From Bacillota bacterium (lineage in GTDB: Bacteria; Bacillota; Sulfobacillia; JAJZYS01; JAJZLH01), in the NCBI GenBank assembly GCA_021850485.1, contig JAJZLY010000005.1, positions 12,686 through 76,685 on the forward strand: a DNA stretch of 64,000 bases. The letters run 5' to 3'. Below, piece after piece: positions 32,573-44,102 of this stretch; position 1 is the stretch's first letter, and the number at the start of each line of letters is the position of its first letter. A model generated the notes under the pieces. It was not told the origin of the DNA, did no database searches, and saw nothing but the letters and a program-made list of their open reading frames with translations. The translations under genes and the position numbers were made by a program.

Positions 32573-33057
32573 CAACTCGCCCCGGCCGGGCTTGGGCGCT
32601 GCTGGTGGCCGCCGTCTTGGTGCAGACCGCGCTCGGCGTGGTGTGGCCGTCATTGGTCTGGATGCCGGACCTGATCGGGGCGGTGGTGATTGCGACGGCG
32701 CTCGAGCACGACCGTTCGACCTCCTTGCTGGTCGGGCTGGCCGCTGGTGCCTGGCAGGACCTCAGCCTGGGCCGCCTGATCGGCCTGCACACCTCACTGT
32801 GGGCTGTGACTGGCTATGCGGTCAGTTCACTGCGCATCCGGATGGGGTCTGACTCTTGGCTTGTCACCATCTGGATGGCGCTGGCTGTGCTGGTCGCTGA
32901 ACGCCTGGGCGAGTGGGTGGTGCTGACCCTGGTGGGAGTGGCAGTGGCGCCCTTGATCGTGCTGCTGGGCGCCAGCGTGGTTACCGTACCGTTCGTCTTG
33001 TTGTTCCGCCGCCTGATGCGGGTTGGCCGATCGGGCCTGAGACGAGCGATACCATAA
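32569..33057 (+). CDS. mreD: Rod shape-determining protein MreD
   Basis: 162-aa polytopic membrane protein. Overlaps the mreC stop. Conserved position. Confidence 0.7.
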   Translation: MTTRPGRAWALLVAAVLVQTALGVVWPSLVWMPDLIGAVVIATALEHDRSTSLLVGLAAGAWQDLSLGRLIGLHTSLWAVTGYAVSSLRIRMGSDSWLVTIWMALAVLVAERLGEWVVLTLVGVAVAPLIVLLGASVVTVPFVLLFRRLMRVGRSGLRRAIP

Positions 33058-33121
33058 GTCCTGCGGTTGTGGTTTCATCCATATAGGCCCCGTCCGCATC
33101 CCGCACCCACACGAGGTCGAC

Positions 33122-35026
33122 ATGCCACAAGGAGAACGTCAACGCCGGATCCGGATCCTGGCCGTCTTCGGCTTGTTGCTGGCGGCACTGTTGGTCTGGC
33201 GCGTGCTGGCGGTTTCATTGGTCTTGGGTCCACCGCTGGTCCAACTGGGCGATCAGTTTCGGATTCGCACCATGCCGGTGGCGGCCCCGCGCGGCGCCAT
33301 CTACTCGCGCAGCGGCAAATTGCTGGTCACCAGCGAGCCGTCCTTCGCAGCCTACTATTTTCGGGTTGGCGGCCCACCCAGCCTGGGCGAACAGAAGACC
33401 CTGGAGGCCGACTTGGGGATCACACCTCAGGCCATGACGAAGGCGCTGTTCATCTTTTCGACAGAGCCCTCCTTGCCAGTGGTCTTGAAGAGCGGGCTCA
33501 GCCCCTCTGAGCTGACGCAGCTGCTGCAGGGTCTGCCTGAGTTGCCAGGTGTGTTTGTCAATCCGCAGCCAGTGCGCAACGATTTGCTCGGATCAGTGGG
33601 CGGGCAGATGATCGGCTACGTCAGCCGGGTGACCGCCCCAGAGTTGGCGGCTTGGAAACTACCCGGATTGACCGCCGCTTCGGTGGTCGGCCAGACCGGT
33701 CTGGAGCTCGCTTATCAGAACCAGCTGTTCGGTCGGCCCGGTGGTGAAAAAGTGGAAGTCAATGCCAACGGTCTACCAGTGAAAGTTCTCGGCACCACGC
33801 CACCTGTGCCCGGTGATTCATTGACCCTGACCATCAGCAAGACGCTGGAGCAGATTAGCGCCAAGGCGCTGCTGGCTGATATGGCCATGCTCCGCAAGCA
33901 GTACGGCAGCCAGTCGGCCGTGCTGTCCGGGGCGGTGGTGGTGGTCGATATTCACACCGGCGCCGTTTTGTCGATGGTGTCTGAGCCCAGCTACAACCCC
34001 AACGCCTTTGCCCAGGGCATCTCCACGGCTGCCTACCAGGCGCTGGCCCAAAATCCGGGCCTGCCATTTCTGAATCGGGCAGTCCAAACCGCCTCACCAC
34101 CCGGATCGGTGTTCAAGATGGTGACTGCCATGGCCGGTCTGACCGCCGGCAAGATCACGCCGACCTCCACCATCACCTGCTTGCCCCGTTATTGGCGGCC
34201 GCCTTACCCATACAACTGGTTGCGGCGCACCTCCACTGGTCCCAATACCCTGGTCAAGGCCATCGCCCAGTCTTGCGACACCTACTTCTACGCCGTCGGT
34301 CACCGCGTCGGCATCAATGCCATCGCCGACTGGGCCCATAAGTTCGGCTTTGGCCATCCCACCGGCGTCGATCTGCCCGGCGAGGTGGCCGGCGTGATTC
34401 CCACTGTCGCCTACTACGAGAAGCAATACGGCTCCTTGTACCCCGGCCTGGCCTATTCGGTGGCCATCGGCCAGGGGGCGGATGAGGTGACCCTGATGCA
34501 ACTCGCCCAGTACATCGGAGCCCTGGCCACCGACGGCACCATGGTCAAACCCTATCTGGTCCAGCAGATCAAAAGCCCCAGCGGCAAGGTGCTGTTTAAC
34601 GCCACACCCCAGATTGTGGGCCACATCAGTGCGCCGTTGGCCTATTGGAGCGTGATCCGCCAGGGCATGATCGACGTCACCACGCCCGGCTCCATCCCAG
34701 GCCCGGGCGGCACGGCCGGCGGCGCCTTTGTGAACTTTCCGATGCAGGTGGCAGCCAAGACTGGTACCGCTCAGCTGCCGGGCGGGGTCAAGGGCGGGCA
34801 GGGCTATATGACGTTTTTCATTTCCTACGCCCCGGCCAACAACCCGCAGATCGCCGTGGTTTCGACCATGCAGACGGTCTCCATGGTCGCCGGCGGCATG
34901 ATCGCCAGGGCCATCTATGACGCCTACTTCCACCTGCACGACCCCAATCCGCCCTTCCCCCAGGTTGTCACTCCGACCACGCCGCCCACCACCCCCGCCC
35001 AGACGGCCGCAACGGCGGCACCGTGA
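33122..35026 (+). CDS. mrdA: Penicillin-binding protein 2 (elongasome transpeptidase)
   Basis: 634 aa. SxxK (ASPPGSVFK). SxN. KTG (AAKTGTAQ). Confidence 0.9.
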   Translation: MPQGERQRRIRILAVFGLLLAALLVWRVLAVSLVLGPPLVQLGDQFRIRTMPVAAPRGAIYSRSGKLLVTSEPSFAAYYFRVGGPPSLGEQKTLEADLGITPQAMTKALFIFSTEPSLPVVLKSGLSPSELTQLLQGLPELPGVFVNPQPVRNDLLGSVGGQMIGYVSRVTAPELAAWKLPGLTAASVVGQTGLELAYQNQLFGRPGGEKVEVNANGLPVKVLGTTPPVPGDSLTLTISKTLEQISAKALLADMAMLRKQYGSQSAVLSGAVVVVDIHTGAVLSMVSEPSYNPNAFAQGISTAAYQALAQNPGLPFLNRAVQTASPPGSVFKMVTAMAGLTAGKITPTSTITCLPRYWRPPYPYNWLRRTSTGPNTLVKAIAQSCDTYFYAVGHRVGINAIADWAHKFGFGHPTGVDLPGEVAGVIPTVAYYEKQYGSLYPGLAYSVAIGQGADEVTLMQLAQYIGALATDGTMVKPYLVQQIKSPSGKVLFNATPQIVGHISAPLAYWSVIRQGMIDVTTPGSIPGPGGTAGGAFVNFPMQVAAKTGTAQLPGGVKGGQGYMTFFISYAPANNPQIAVVSTMQTVSMVAGGMIARAIYDAYFHLHDPNPPFPQVVTPTTPPTTPAQTAATAAP

Positions 35027-36153
35027 CCCTACGCGAACTGCTGCGCGGCTTGGACGGCTGGCTGATCGGGGCTGCCCTAGGGCTTTGCGCCCTGTCGGTG
35101 GTGACGTTGGCCCTGACCACGCCCAACTTGGTGCCGGGCTCGCCCCTGTATTTGGCCAAGCACCAGTTGATTTGGGTGGTGGTCGGCCTGGTGGTGATGG
35201 CCATCATGATGTGGGTGCCACACACGTTGCTGCGCCGCTTCCGCTGGCTGATCTATGGGCTGACCCTGGCCATGCTGATGGTGGTCTTGGTGCACGGCCA
35301 GTCCGTGCTGGGTGCCCAGCGTTGGATCAACATCGGGCCGTTTCAGTTCCAGCCCTCCGAGTTTGCCAAACTCGGTGTGATCATCATCCTGGCTGACCTG
35401 CTGGAGAAAAAACGGGGGGCGATCCGCACTCTGCGCGACATGGCGCCGGCGATCGCCATCGCCCTGGTGCCGATGCTTTTGGTGATCAAGCAGCCAGACC
35501 TGGGCACGGCCCTGGTCATCGCCGGCATCTTGGGCGTGTTGCTGTACGAGGCCGGAGGGTCAGGGTGGAAGATTCTGGCGCTGTACGGTGGCACCGCCGG
35601 CTTCGTGGTGCTGCTGGTCTGGTTGCATGTGCAAGCCGGCTTCCCCCTGCCCCTGCATCACTATCAGGTGACCCGGCTTTTGGCTTTCGTCAACCCCAAC
35701 GCCGACCCGCTGGGCACCGGCTACAATCTGATCCAGTCTGAGATCGCCATTGCCTCTGGGCACCTCACGGGTGTCGGCGTGACCGAAATCAGCTCCCTGA
35801 TCTCGTTCCTGCCGGCTGCGGACACGGACTTCGCCTTCGCCTCACTGGGATTGGTCGGCGGTCTGCTGGCGATGGTGGCCGCACTCGGCCTGTACGCGGT
35901 GGTGGTCGGCAGGACGCTGGTCATTGCCCACCAGGAGACCGATGGCTACAGCAGTCTGATCGTGCTGGGGGCGGCCGCGCTCTTGACCATCCATGTCTTC
36001 ATGAACGTGGGCATGGCGACCGGTATCATGCCGGTGGTCGGCGTACCGGCGCCCTTTATCAGCTACGGCGGATCATCAGTGGTGACCGACTTTGCAGCCT
36101 TGGGCTTGATCTTGTCCAGCCGCTTGCACCGGGTGCATCTCAGCTTCCACTGA
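35023..36153 (+). CDS. rodA: Rod shape-determining protein RodA (SEDS family)
   Basis: 376 aa. FtsW/RodA/SpoVE family polytopic membrane protein. Follows PBP2. Confidence 0.9.
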   Translation: MTLRELLRGLDGWLIGAALGLCALSVVTLALTTPNLVPGSPLYLAKHQLIWVVVGLVVMAIMMWVPHTLLRRFRWLIYGLTLAMLMVVLVHGQSVLGAQRWINIGPFQFQPSEFAKLGVIIILADLLEKKRGAIRTLRDMAPAIAIALVPMLLVIKQPDLGTALVIAGILGVLLYEAGGSGWKILALYGGTAGFVVLLVWLHVQAGFPLPLHHYQVTRLLAFVNPNADPLGTGYNLIQSEIAIASGHLTGVGVTEISSLISFLPAADTDFAFASLGLVGGLLAMVAALGLYAVVVGRTLVIAHQETDGYSSLIVLGAAALLTIHVFMNVGMATGIMPVVGVPAPFISYGGSSVVTDFAALGLILSSRLHRVHLSFH

Positions 36154-36242
36154 CGGCCGCCGCAGGCGGCGAGGGAAGGAAGCAACTGGCAGTCAGAAGA
36201 AGCATGCGCTAACTTCTGCTGGCAAAGAGGGTGAAGGTCGCT

Positions 36243-37430
36243 ATGTTCCGTCGGGGCCGGAGCGTACGACTTTCAGCGTTGCTTTTTAGCTTGCTGGCGG
36301 CAGTCAGTGCCTGCGGCAATGTTGCAGTTGGCCCCCTCCCAGTGGTGGCAGGGGACTATCCGGTCCACCCGCTGCTCTCCACTCTGTGCCCGCCGCCTTC
36401 CGTTCACACCGTGACCGGCTTTGCTGGCGGCGGCCAGATTCTCGGCTACCAGCCGGGCTGGGGGATCTTGGTGGGTGCGAACCACCACGGCGGGCCTGGG
36501 GCGCACAGTCAGTACCAGCCGGGCCTGTACCTGGTCAATGCGGCCAGCGGGGCGGTTACTCGCCTGACCGCACTGGCGCTGGCGAACGGACAAAGTGTGC
36601 AAGCCGTGATCGGCGATGGTTGGGTGGTCTGGCTGAGGGCTGCCCCGGCCGGAGTAGGCCCATGGTCGCTGCAGGCACTCAATCTGGCCACCCACCGGCA
36701 GCAGACGGTGGACCGTGGGATGGCCGAAACCCGGCCCTTTGCCGCTCAGTTTGGTCCTCAGCGTCTGACCATCATCGGCGACACGCTGTATTTTCTGCTG
36801 GTGACGCCAGAGCGATCGGCGGTGCTGGCCTACGATTTCGCAACCGGCAGCCTGCGCACCGTGCTGGCGCTACCCGCCAAAGGCGGGCGCCAGATCCTGA
36901 CCATGGCCGCGACCGCATCAGGTCTTACCTATGTGGTCGGCTCGGCCGCATCTGCTGGCGGCGTGGCTGCGGGCGAGGTCTACTCACTGCCATTTGCATC
37001 CGGCCAATCCATCCCCCTGTTGAAACAGAAAAACGCGGCCTATGCGCTGGCCGTTGATGGGTCGACCCTGGCTCTCGCTCTATACAACCCGTCGATTCCG
37101 TTCCAGCGAGTGCTGCCCTATAGCTCGATCGTACTGTTTCGGCCGGGTGCCACCGCCCTGACCGATGTGGCAATCATGCCTGGGATTCGGGGCACCCCTC
37201 AATTTTGGTCGCACTATCTGGTGTGGGGGGCGGAGCCGGACCGGGGCGGGGTGTTGGACCTTGCCACCAACCAGGTCTACGTCTTGCCCAACTTGGGGTT
37301 GTTCTTCAGCCTGGGCGTCTACAACGGCATCCTCGGTTGGACCGGCGCCCTCTTCAAGCCAGCACCCACCGGCTCCAGCGCAGCCGTTACGGTGGTGCAG
37401 GACATCTCTTGGTGCTCCCTGGCCGGCTAG
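36243..37430 (+). CDS. Lipoprotein, hypothetical (beta-propeller-like)
   Basis: Signal peptide with lipobox LAAVSAC. No recognisable catalytic motif. Confidence 0.55.
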   Translation: MFRRGRSVRLSALLFSLLAAVSACGNVAVGPLPVVAGDYPVHPLLSTLCPPPSVHTVTGFAGGGQILGYQPGWGILVGANHHGGPGAHSQYQPGLYLVNAASGAVTRLTALALANGQSVQAVIGDGWVVWLRAAPAGVGPWSLQALNLATHRQQTVDRGMAETRPFAAQFGPQRLTIIGDTLYFLLVTPERSAVLAYDFATGSLRTVLALPAKGGRQILTMAATASGLTYVVGSAASAGGVAAGEVYSLPFASGQSIPLLKQKNAAYALAVDGSTLALALYNPSIPFQRVLPYSSIVLFRPGATALTDVAIMPGIRGTPQFWSHYLVWGAEPDRGGVLDLATNQVYVLPNLGLFFSLGVYNGILGWTGALFKPAPTGSSAAVTVVQDISWCSLAG

Positions 37431-37515
37431 CCGCGAAGATGGCCTGGCCAGGGCCAATGATGCATCTGCTGCAAGGATCTGGTACGATCAGGAAGTTAGG
37501 TTTGCGCTTTTTGGG

Positions 37516-39240
37516 ATGGGGGAGCACCCGGTGGCCACGGTGCGCGAGATCCTGTTGAACGTCGGCTCCGACGAGGTGCGCGCTGTCGTCTTGGAAGACG
37601 GTCAGCTGGCAGAGGTTTTGCTCGAGCGGCCGCAGCAGATGCGGTCGGTCGGCAACATCTACTTGGGCCGGGTGGAAGATGTATTGCCAGGGATGGACGC
37701 AGCCTTCGTCAACATCGGATTGGACCGCAACGCCTTTTTGTACGCCGACGACGCCGTGCATTGCTGCCAGTCCCAAGAGCGCACGGGTGAGGGCCGACCG
37801 CGCATTGAGGAGATGGTGCGGCCCGGTCAGCAGATCTTGGTCCAGGTGGACAAGGAACCAGTCGGTTCCAAGGGGGCCAAGATTTCGACCGCCATCGGCC
37901 TGCCCGGCCGCTTCGTGGTGCTGACGCCGCAGACTGACTTTTTGGGGGTCTCCAGGCGGATCGAAGACGAAGACGAGCGTGCCCGCCTGCGCGCCCTCGT
38001 CGAGGAAAGCCGCCGTCCTGGCCATGGAGTGATCGTCCGCACCGTGGCCGAGGGCCAAGGGGCGGCAGCCATCCGTGCCGACCTCAGATTTCTGGAGGCG
38101 CTGTGGGAGTCGATCCAAGAGCAGGCCGGGCGGGCCCAGCCGCCGGCGCTGTTGCACCGGGACATGGGCCTATCCGGCCGGCTGCTGCGCGACTTTATGA
38201 CCGACGACGTGCAGGTTCTTTTGGTCGACAATGCCGACGAATACCAAAACCTGATCGAACTGGCTGGCCTGATGTCGCCGGATCTCGCTCAGCGCATAGA
38301 GCTTACCGGTGGCGATCTGTTTGGGAAGCGGGGCCTGGACCAAGAGATGGAGCGGGCGATGCGGCGGCGGGTGTGGCTGCACTCCGGCGGCTACCTGGTG
38401 ATCGACCGGGCGGAGGCGCTGACCGCCGTGGACGTCAACACCGGCAAGTTTGTGGGCAAGGAGAACTTGGCCCAGACCATCTTGCAGACCAACCTGGAGG
38501 CGGCAGACGAAATTGCCCGTCAGTTGCGGTTGCGGGACCTCGGCGGGATCATCGTGGTCGACTTCATCGACATGGAGGAGGAGGCGCACCGCCAGCAGGT
38601 GCTGGACGCTCTGGAGCAGGCGGTGAAGCGTGACCGCACCAAGGTGCACGTGCTGGGCATGACCAAGCTGAACCTGGTCGAGATGACCAGGAAACGGGTC
38701 GGCTCCGGGCTGGATCAGACGCTGTACTCTCCCTGTCCGTTGTGCGACGGCTGGGGCAGGGTCGAGTCGGACGAGACGGTGGCCGTGCGCTTGCGCCGTG
38801 AGTTGCGCCAACTGCTGGCCGAGACGGCCGAAGAAGCGGTCTTGGTGGAGGCGCACCCGGCGGTGGCGGCGCTATTGATTGGCCCCGGTGGCGTGGCCCT
38901 GAAGACGCTGGAGCAAGAGACGGTGCATACCGTGTTCGTGCGCGGCAGCCTCGACCTGGCTCGGGCCGAGCACCGGGTGGTGGCCAAAGGTGCCCGTGCG
39001 GTGGTGGAAGCCTTGGCCCGGCCAGTGGTGGTCGGCCAGGAGGTTGAGGTCGAGATCTCAGCCGCCCATACCACCCAGGCGGCGGATGGGATCGCCCGCA
39101 TCCAAGGCTACGTGGTGGACGTCGAGCAGGGCGCTGGCCTGGTTGGCCAACGGGTCAAGGTGAAGATCGTCTCCACCCACCGCACTTATGCCCGGGCCAA
39201 ACTGGTCTTGTCGGCAGAGGCATCGCCCCGCCCGCTGTGA
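37516..39240 (+). CDS. rng: Rne/Rng family ribonuclease (RNase E/G) with C-terminal TRAM-like domain
   Basis: S1 domain (GNIYLGRVEDVLPGMDAAFVNIGLDRNAFL). DNase-I-like catalytic region. Zn-link CPLCDGWG. C-terminal EVEVEI...VKVKIVSTH is a TRAM-like barrel. Start uncertain (ATG 37516 or GTG 37531). Confidence 0.8.
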   Translation: MGEHPVATVREILLNVGSDEVRAVVLEDGQLAEVLLERPQQMRSVGNIYLGRVEDVLPGMDAAFVNIGLDRNAFLYADDAVHCCQSQERTGEGRPRIEEMVRPGQQILVQVDKEPVGSKGAKISTAIGLPGRFVVLTPQTDFLGVSRRIEDEDERARLRALVEESRRPGHGVIVRTVAEGQGAAAIRADLRFLEALWESIQEQAGRAQPPALLHRDMGLSGRLLRDFMTDDVQVLLVDNADEYQNLIELAGLMSPDLAQRIELTGGDLFGKRGLDQEMERAMRRRVWLHSGGYLVIDRAEALTAVDVNTGKFVGKENLAQTILQTNLEAADEIARQLRLRDLGGIIVVDFIDMEEEAHRQQVLDALEQAVKRDRTKVHVLGMTKLNLVEMTRKRVGSGLDQTLYSPCPLCDGWGRVESDETVAVRLRRELRQLLAETAEEAVLVEAHPAVAALLIGPGGVALKTLEQETVHTVFVRGSLDLARAEHRVVAKGARAVVEALARPVVVGQEVEVEISAAHTTQAADGIARIQGYVVDVEQGAGLVGQRVKVKIVSTHRTYARAKLVLSAEASPRPL

Positions 39241-39243
39241 CGA

Positions 39244-39711
39244 TCAGCCTTGCAAGGCGGCTAGAACTTGTGCCATCGGCGGCTGGTCGGTCGCATCCTT
39301 CAGCCACTGGTAGATGAGCCGACTGTCTGGCCCGAAGACGAACACGGCTCGATTCGAAACATTCAAGATGCCCGCCACCTCGGGCAGCAGCACGCCGAAG
39401 GCCGCTGCCGCCTGACGGTTCGGGTCTGCGAGCAAAGGGTAGGCCAGCGCGTTTTGGGTGGCGAAGGCCTGTTGCACGAACTGGCTATCGATGCTGATGG
39501 CGTACACTTCGGCACTTTGGGCTTGGATCTGATCCAGCACCTGCTGAACCGCACTCAACTCGCGCAGTCAGCCGCCGGTGAAGGCCAGGTGGTAGAAGAC
39601 GACAACCAGACGGTGCGCCGCCGCTCGCTCGGCCAAGTTCACCGTGGGCCCGGCTCCAGACACCAGCTGGACCTCGGGGCAGGGAGCGCCAACTGTAAGT
39701 CCTGTGGACAT
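39244..39711 (-). CDS. Bcp/PrxQ-type peroxiredoxin with in-frame TGA (candidate selenocysteine) at the peroxidatic Cys position
   Basis: Track ORFs 39568..39750 and 39244..39558 are one frame separated only by TGA (39568-39570). VVVFYHLAFTGG-U-LRELSAV...AISID aligns with E. coli Bcp [21 protein letters not shown]...GISTD, placing U on the catalytic Cys. RBS ggagggg precedes ATG 39711. Confidence 0.65.
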
Positions 39712-39856
39712 CTGCACCCCTCCGATCGGAGCCCAAGAGACACCACTCATTGTACGTCTTGGCCGCCGTCTGTGGGCCGATGAGTCGCTTGGCTGCTGGC
39801 CGGCCGTTATGGTACAGTACCAAGGTCTATGTGCCAGGCGACGCTAGGAGGCCGAC

Positions 39857-40168
39857 ATGTACGCGGTGATCGAGACCGGCGGCAAGCAGTATCGGGTCAG
39901 CCCGGGGGACACCTTGGGCGTGGAGAAGCTGGAGCCGGCCGGGGCCCAAGTGGTGTTTGATCAAGTGCTGTTGGTGGTTGATGACCAGGGTCAGTCCCGG
40001 GTCGGCACGCCCTTGGTCAAGGGCGCTACCGTGTGCGCGGACGTGCTTGGCGATAAGCTGGGCAAGAAGATCCGCGGCCTCAAGTACAAGTCAAAGTCCA
40101 ACTACCGGGTGCACTTCGGACACCGTCAGCGCCACACCATGGTGCGCATCACCCAGATCGAGGGATGA
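39857..40168 (+). CDS. rplU: 50S ribosomal protein L21
   Basis: MYAVIETGGKQYRVSPGDTL. RBS aggagg. Confidence 0.95.
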   Translation: MYAVIETGGKQYRVSPGDTLGVEKLEPAGAQVVFDQVLLVVDDQGQSRVGTPLVKGATVCADVLGDKLGKKIRGLKYKSKSNYRVHFGHRQRHTMVRITQIEG

Positions 40169-40479
40169 TCCGGGCCAGCCTCCGGCAGACGGGGCCGGCG
40201 GTGGAGATCGCGGTCACCGGCCATGCCGGAACGGCCGAAGCGGGACGGGACCTGCTCTGCGCCGCTGTATCCGCTCTGTGTGAGACCCTGGAACGGGGCC
40301 TTGGCCGCTACGACCCGGACTCGGAGCGGACATTGGGCGAGGGTTCTTTTCACTACCGGGGTAGCCCAGGAGCCGAGGCCAGGGCGTTGGTTTGGACCTT
40401 CTGCCAAGGATTGAAGGAACTTTCTGCCGATCACCCACGGCACCTGAGGTGGACCGAGACCGATTCCAAGGAGGCGTGA
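40165..40479 (+). CDS. prp: Ribosomal-processing cysteine protease Prp
   Basis: Catalytic His/Cys (VTGHAG... [10 protein letters not shown]). Sits between rplU and rpmA. Confidence 0.85.
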   Translation: MIRASLRQTGPAVEIAVTGHAGTAEAGRDLLCAAVSALCETLERGLGRYDPDSERTLGEGSFHYRGSPGAEARALVWTFCQGLKELSADHPRHLRWTETDSKEA

Positions 40480-40483
40480 TCCG

Positions 40484-40747
40484 ATGGACCTGCAACGATT
40501 TGCGCACAAAAAGGGCGGCGGCTCGTCCCGCAACGGACGGGACTCCAATCCCAAAATGCTGGGCGTCAAGGCCGGAGATGGCAGTCTGGTCAAGGCGGGA
40601 ACTATCATCGTCCGCCAGCGCGGCGAACGGCTGAAGGCCGGTGACAACGTGGGCGTCGGACGCGATTACACGCTGTTCGCCCTGACCGATGGCAAGGTGG
40701 CATTCACCCGCCGCGGCGACCGCGGCTTCGTTTCGATCCAGCCCTAG
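40484..40747 (+). CDS. rpmA: 50S ribosomal protein L27 with N-terminal propeptide
   Basis: MDLQRF|[15 protein letters not shown] carries a Prp cleavage motif (F|A-HKKG) as in Firmicutes L27. Confidence 0.9.
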   Translation: MDLQRFAHKKGGGSSRNGRDSNPKMLGVKAGDGSLVKAGTIIVRQRGERLKAGDNVGVGRDYTLFALTDGKVAFTRRGDRGFVSIQP

Positions 40748-40790
40748 TCAGGCTGCCTGGATCCAAGGTTTCTGGCACCCGGAGGCTTAG

Positions 40791-42760
<1,970 letters not shown>

Positions 42761-42800
42761 CAGCCGTCGTGTCGCAGCGCTTTCGGGAGGAGGTGAGAGG

Positions 42801-43061
42801 ATGCCAAGAACCTTGTACGTAGGCAATCTGCCCTGGACGACAACGGAAGAAGAACTCACGGAGCTGTTCGCCGCCACGTCGACCGTGGTGTCATGCCGGA
42901 TCATTGTGGACCGGGAGTCCAACCGCTCGCGCGGTTTCGGATTCGTCGAGATCAGCGACGAGTCAAACGTGGAGACGGTGGTCGAGGCCATGAATGGAGC
43001 GAGCGTCGGCGGCCGAACCCTGGTCGTGAACGAAGCCAGGCCCAGAACAGCAGGTCTGTGA
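42801..43061 (+). CDS. RRM-domain RNA-binding protein
   Basis: RNP2 LYVGNL and RNP1 RGFGFVE. 86 aa. RBS ggaggaggtgaga. Confidence 0.7.
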   Translation: MPRTLYVGNLPWTTTEEELTELFAATSTVVSCRIIVDRESNRSRGFGFVEISDESNVETVVEAMNGASVGGRTLVVNEARPRTAGL

Positions 43062-43125
43062 TCGAACGGCCGGCAACAGGCGGGTTCTGCGGGACCCGCC
43101 TGAGTTCTTGATCAAGGGGGAGCCG

Positions 43126-43704
43126 ATGGACCAGACCGCTGCCCGCCAGTGGGCGGAGTTACGGCTCAGTCCGCATCGACTGGCCCACGTGGCCGGGGTC
43201 GCGGCGATGGCCGACGAGTTGGCCTGGCGCGTCGGCGAGGACACGGCCAACTGTCGGCTGGCGGCCTGGTTGCACGATGCGCTCAAAGAAGAAGACGGCC
43301 CCGCCCTGGCTGCCGAGGCAAGTCGGAGAGGGCTGGCGGATGAGTTGCGCTTGCCGTTTTTGCTGCACGCTTCGGTGATGGGGGCACGGGCGCTGGCCGA
43401 CCTTGGGGTCTCGGCCGCCGTGGCGGAGGCCATCACCTATCATCCGATCGGACGGCCAGGCTTGGGCCAAATCGGTCAGATCCTCTATCTGGCAGATAAA
43501 CTAGAGCCTGGGCGGCAGTATGATGGGGTAGAGGCGTTGCGCGAGCTGGCCCGCCAAGACTTGGCCAGCGGCCTTCGGGCCACGGTGCAGGCGATCCGCG
43601 ACTTTCAGAGTCGGCGCCTGGATCCGCAGCCGATCCATCCCTTGACCGAGCAGTGGCTGAGTGAGCTGAAAAGAGGCGGACAGCGATCGCACAAGATGTC
43701 TTGA
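43126..43704 (+). CDS. yqeK: HD-domain protein YqeK (putative bis(5'-nucleosyl)-tetraphosphatase)
   Basis: HD motif (HVAGVA... LHDALKE). Conserved nadD-yqeK-rsfS order. ATG at 43126 has RBS aagggggag. Confidence 0.8.
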   Translation: MDQTAARQWAELRLSPHRLAHVAGVAAMADELAWRVGEDTANCRLAAWLHDALKEEDGPALAAEASRRGLADELRLPFLLHASVMGARALADLGVSAAVAEAITYHPIGRPGLGQIGQILYLADKLEPGRQYDGVEALRELARQDLASGLRATVQAIRDFQSRRLDPQPIHPLTEQWLSELKRGGQRSHKMS

Positions 43705-44048
43705 CCCTGGCTTCCCAGTGCCTTCAAGACCACCTGGCCAAGGATCTGGTGGTGATCGAGGTCGGTCCGCAGACGGTGATCGCCGACCACTTCTTGATCG
43801 CGACCGCGACCAGTGGTACGCACCTGGCCGCGTTGGCGGATGCCTTGAGCGAGCAGCTCAAGGGGTTTGTGCACCACCAGGAGGGAGATCGGCACTCCAG
43901 CTGGATCCTGCTCGATTGCGGCGATGTGGTGATCCACCTCTTTTTGGAGGAGGCCCGCAGCTTTTACGCATTGGAACGGCTGTGGGGCGACCTCGCCATG
44001 TGGAAGGTGGAGGACCCCAGCGCCGAGGCGGTCAAGACGCTGCCGTAG
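43701..44048 (+). CDS. rsfS: Ribosomal silencing factor RsfS (Iojap)
   Basis: DLVVIEVGPQTVIADHFLIATATSGTHLAALADAL...WILLDCGDVVIHLF is the RsfS family. Confidence 0.85.
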   Translation: MTLASQCLQDHLAKDLVVIEVGPQTVIADHFLIATATSGTHLAALADALSEQLKGFVHHQEGDRHSSWILLDCGDVVIHLFLEEARSFYALERLWGDLAMWKVEDPSAEAVKTLP

Positions 44049-44102
44049 CGGCAGGAGCAATCCCTCGTGATCAGAAGAGCCATAGCTTAGGAGGTGAAGT
44101 CG

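Noticed and set aside
39568-39750. 60-aa ORF and separate 104-aa ORF 39244..39558 as two genes
   Set aside because: They are a single peroxiredoxin frame interrupted by one TGA at the catalytic Cys position. The N-terminal 13 codons of the track ORF precede the real RBS/ATG at 39711.
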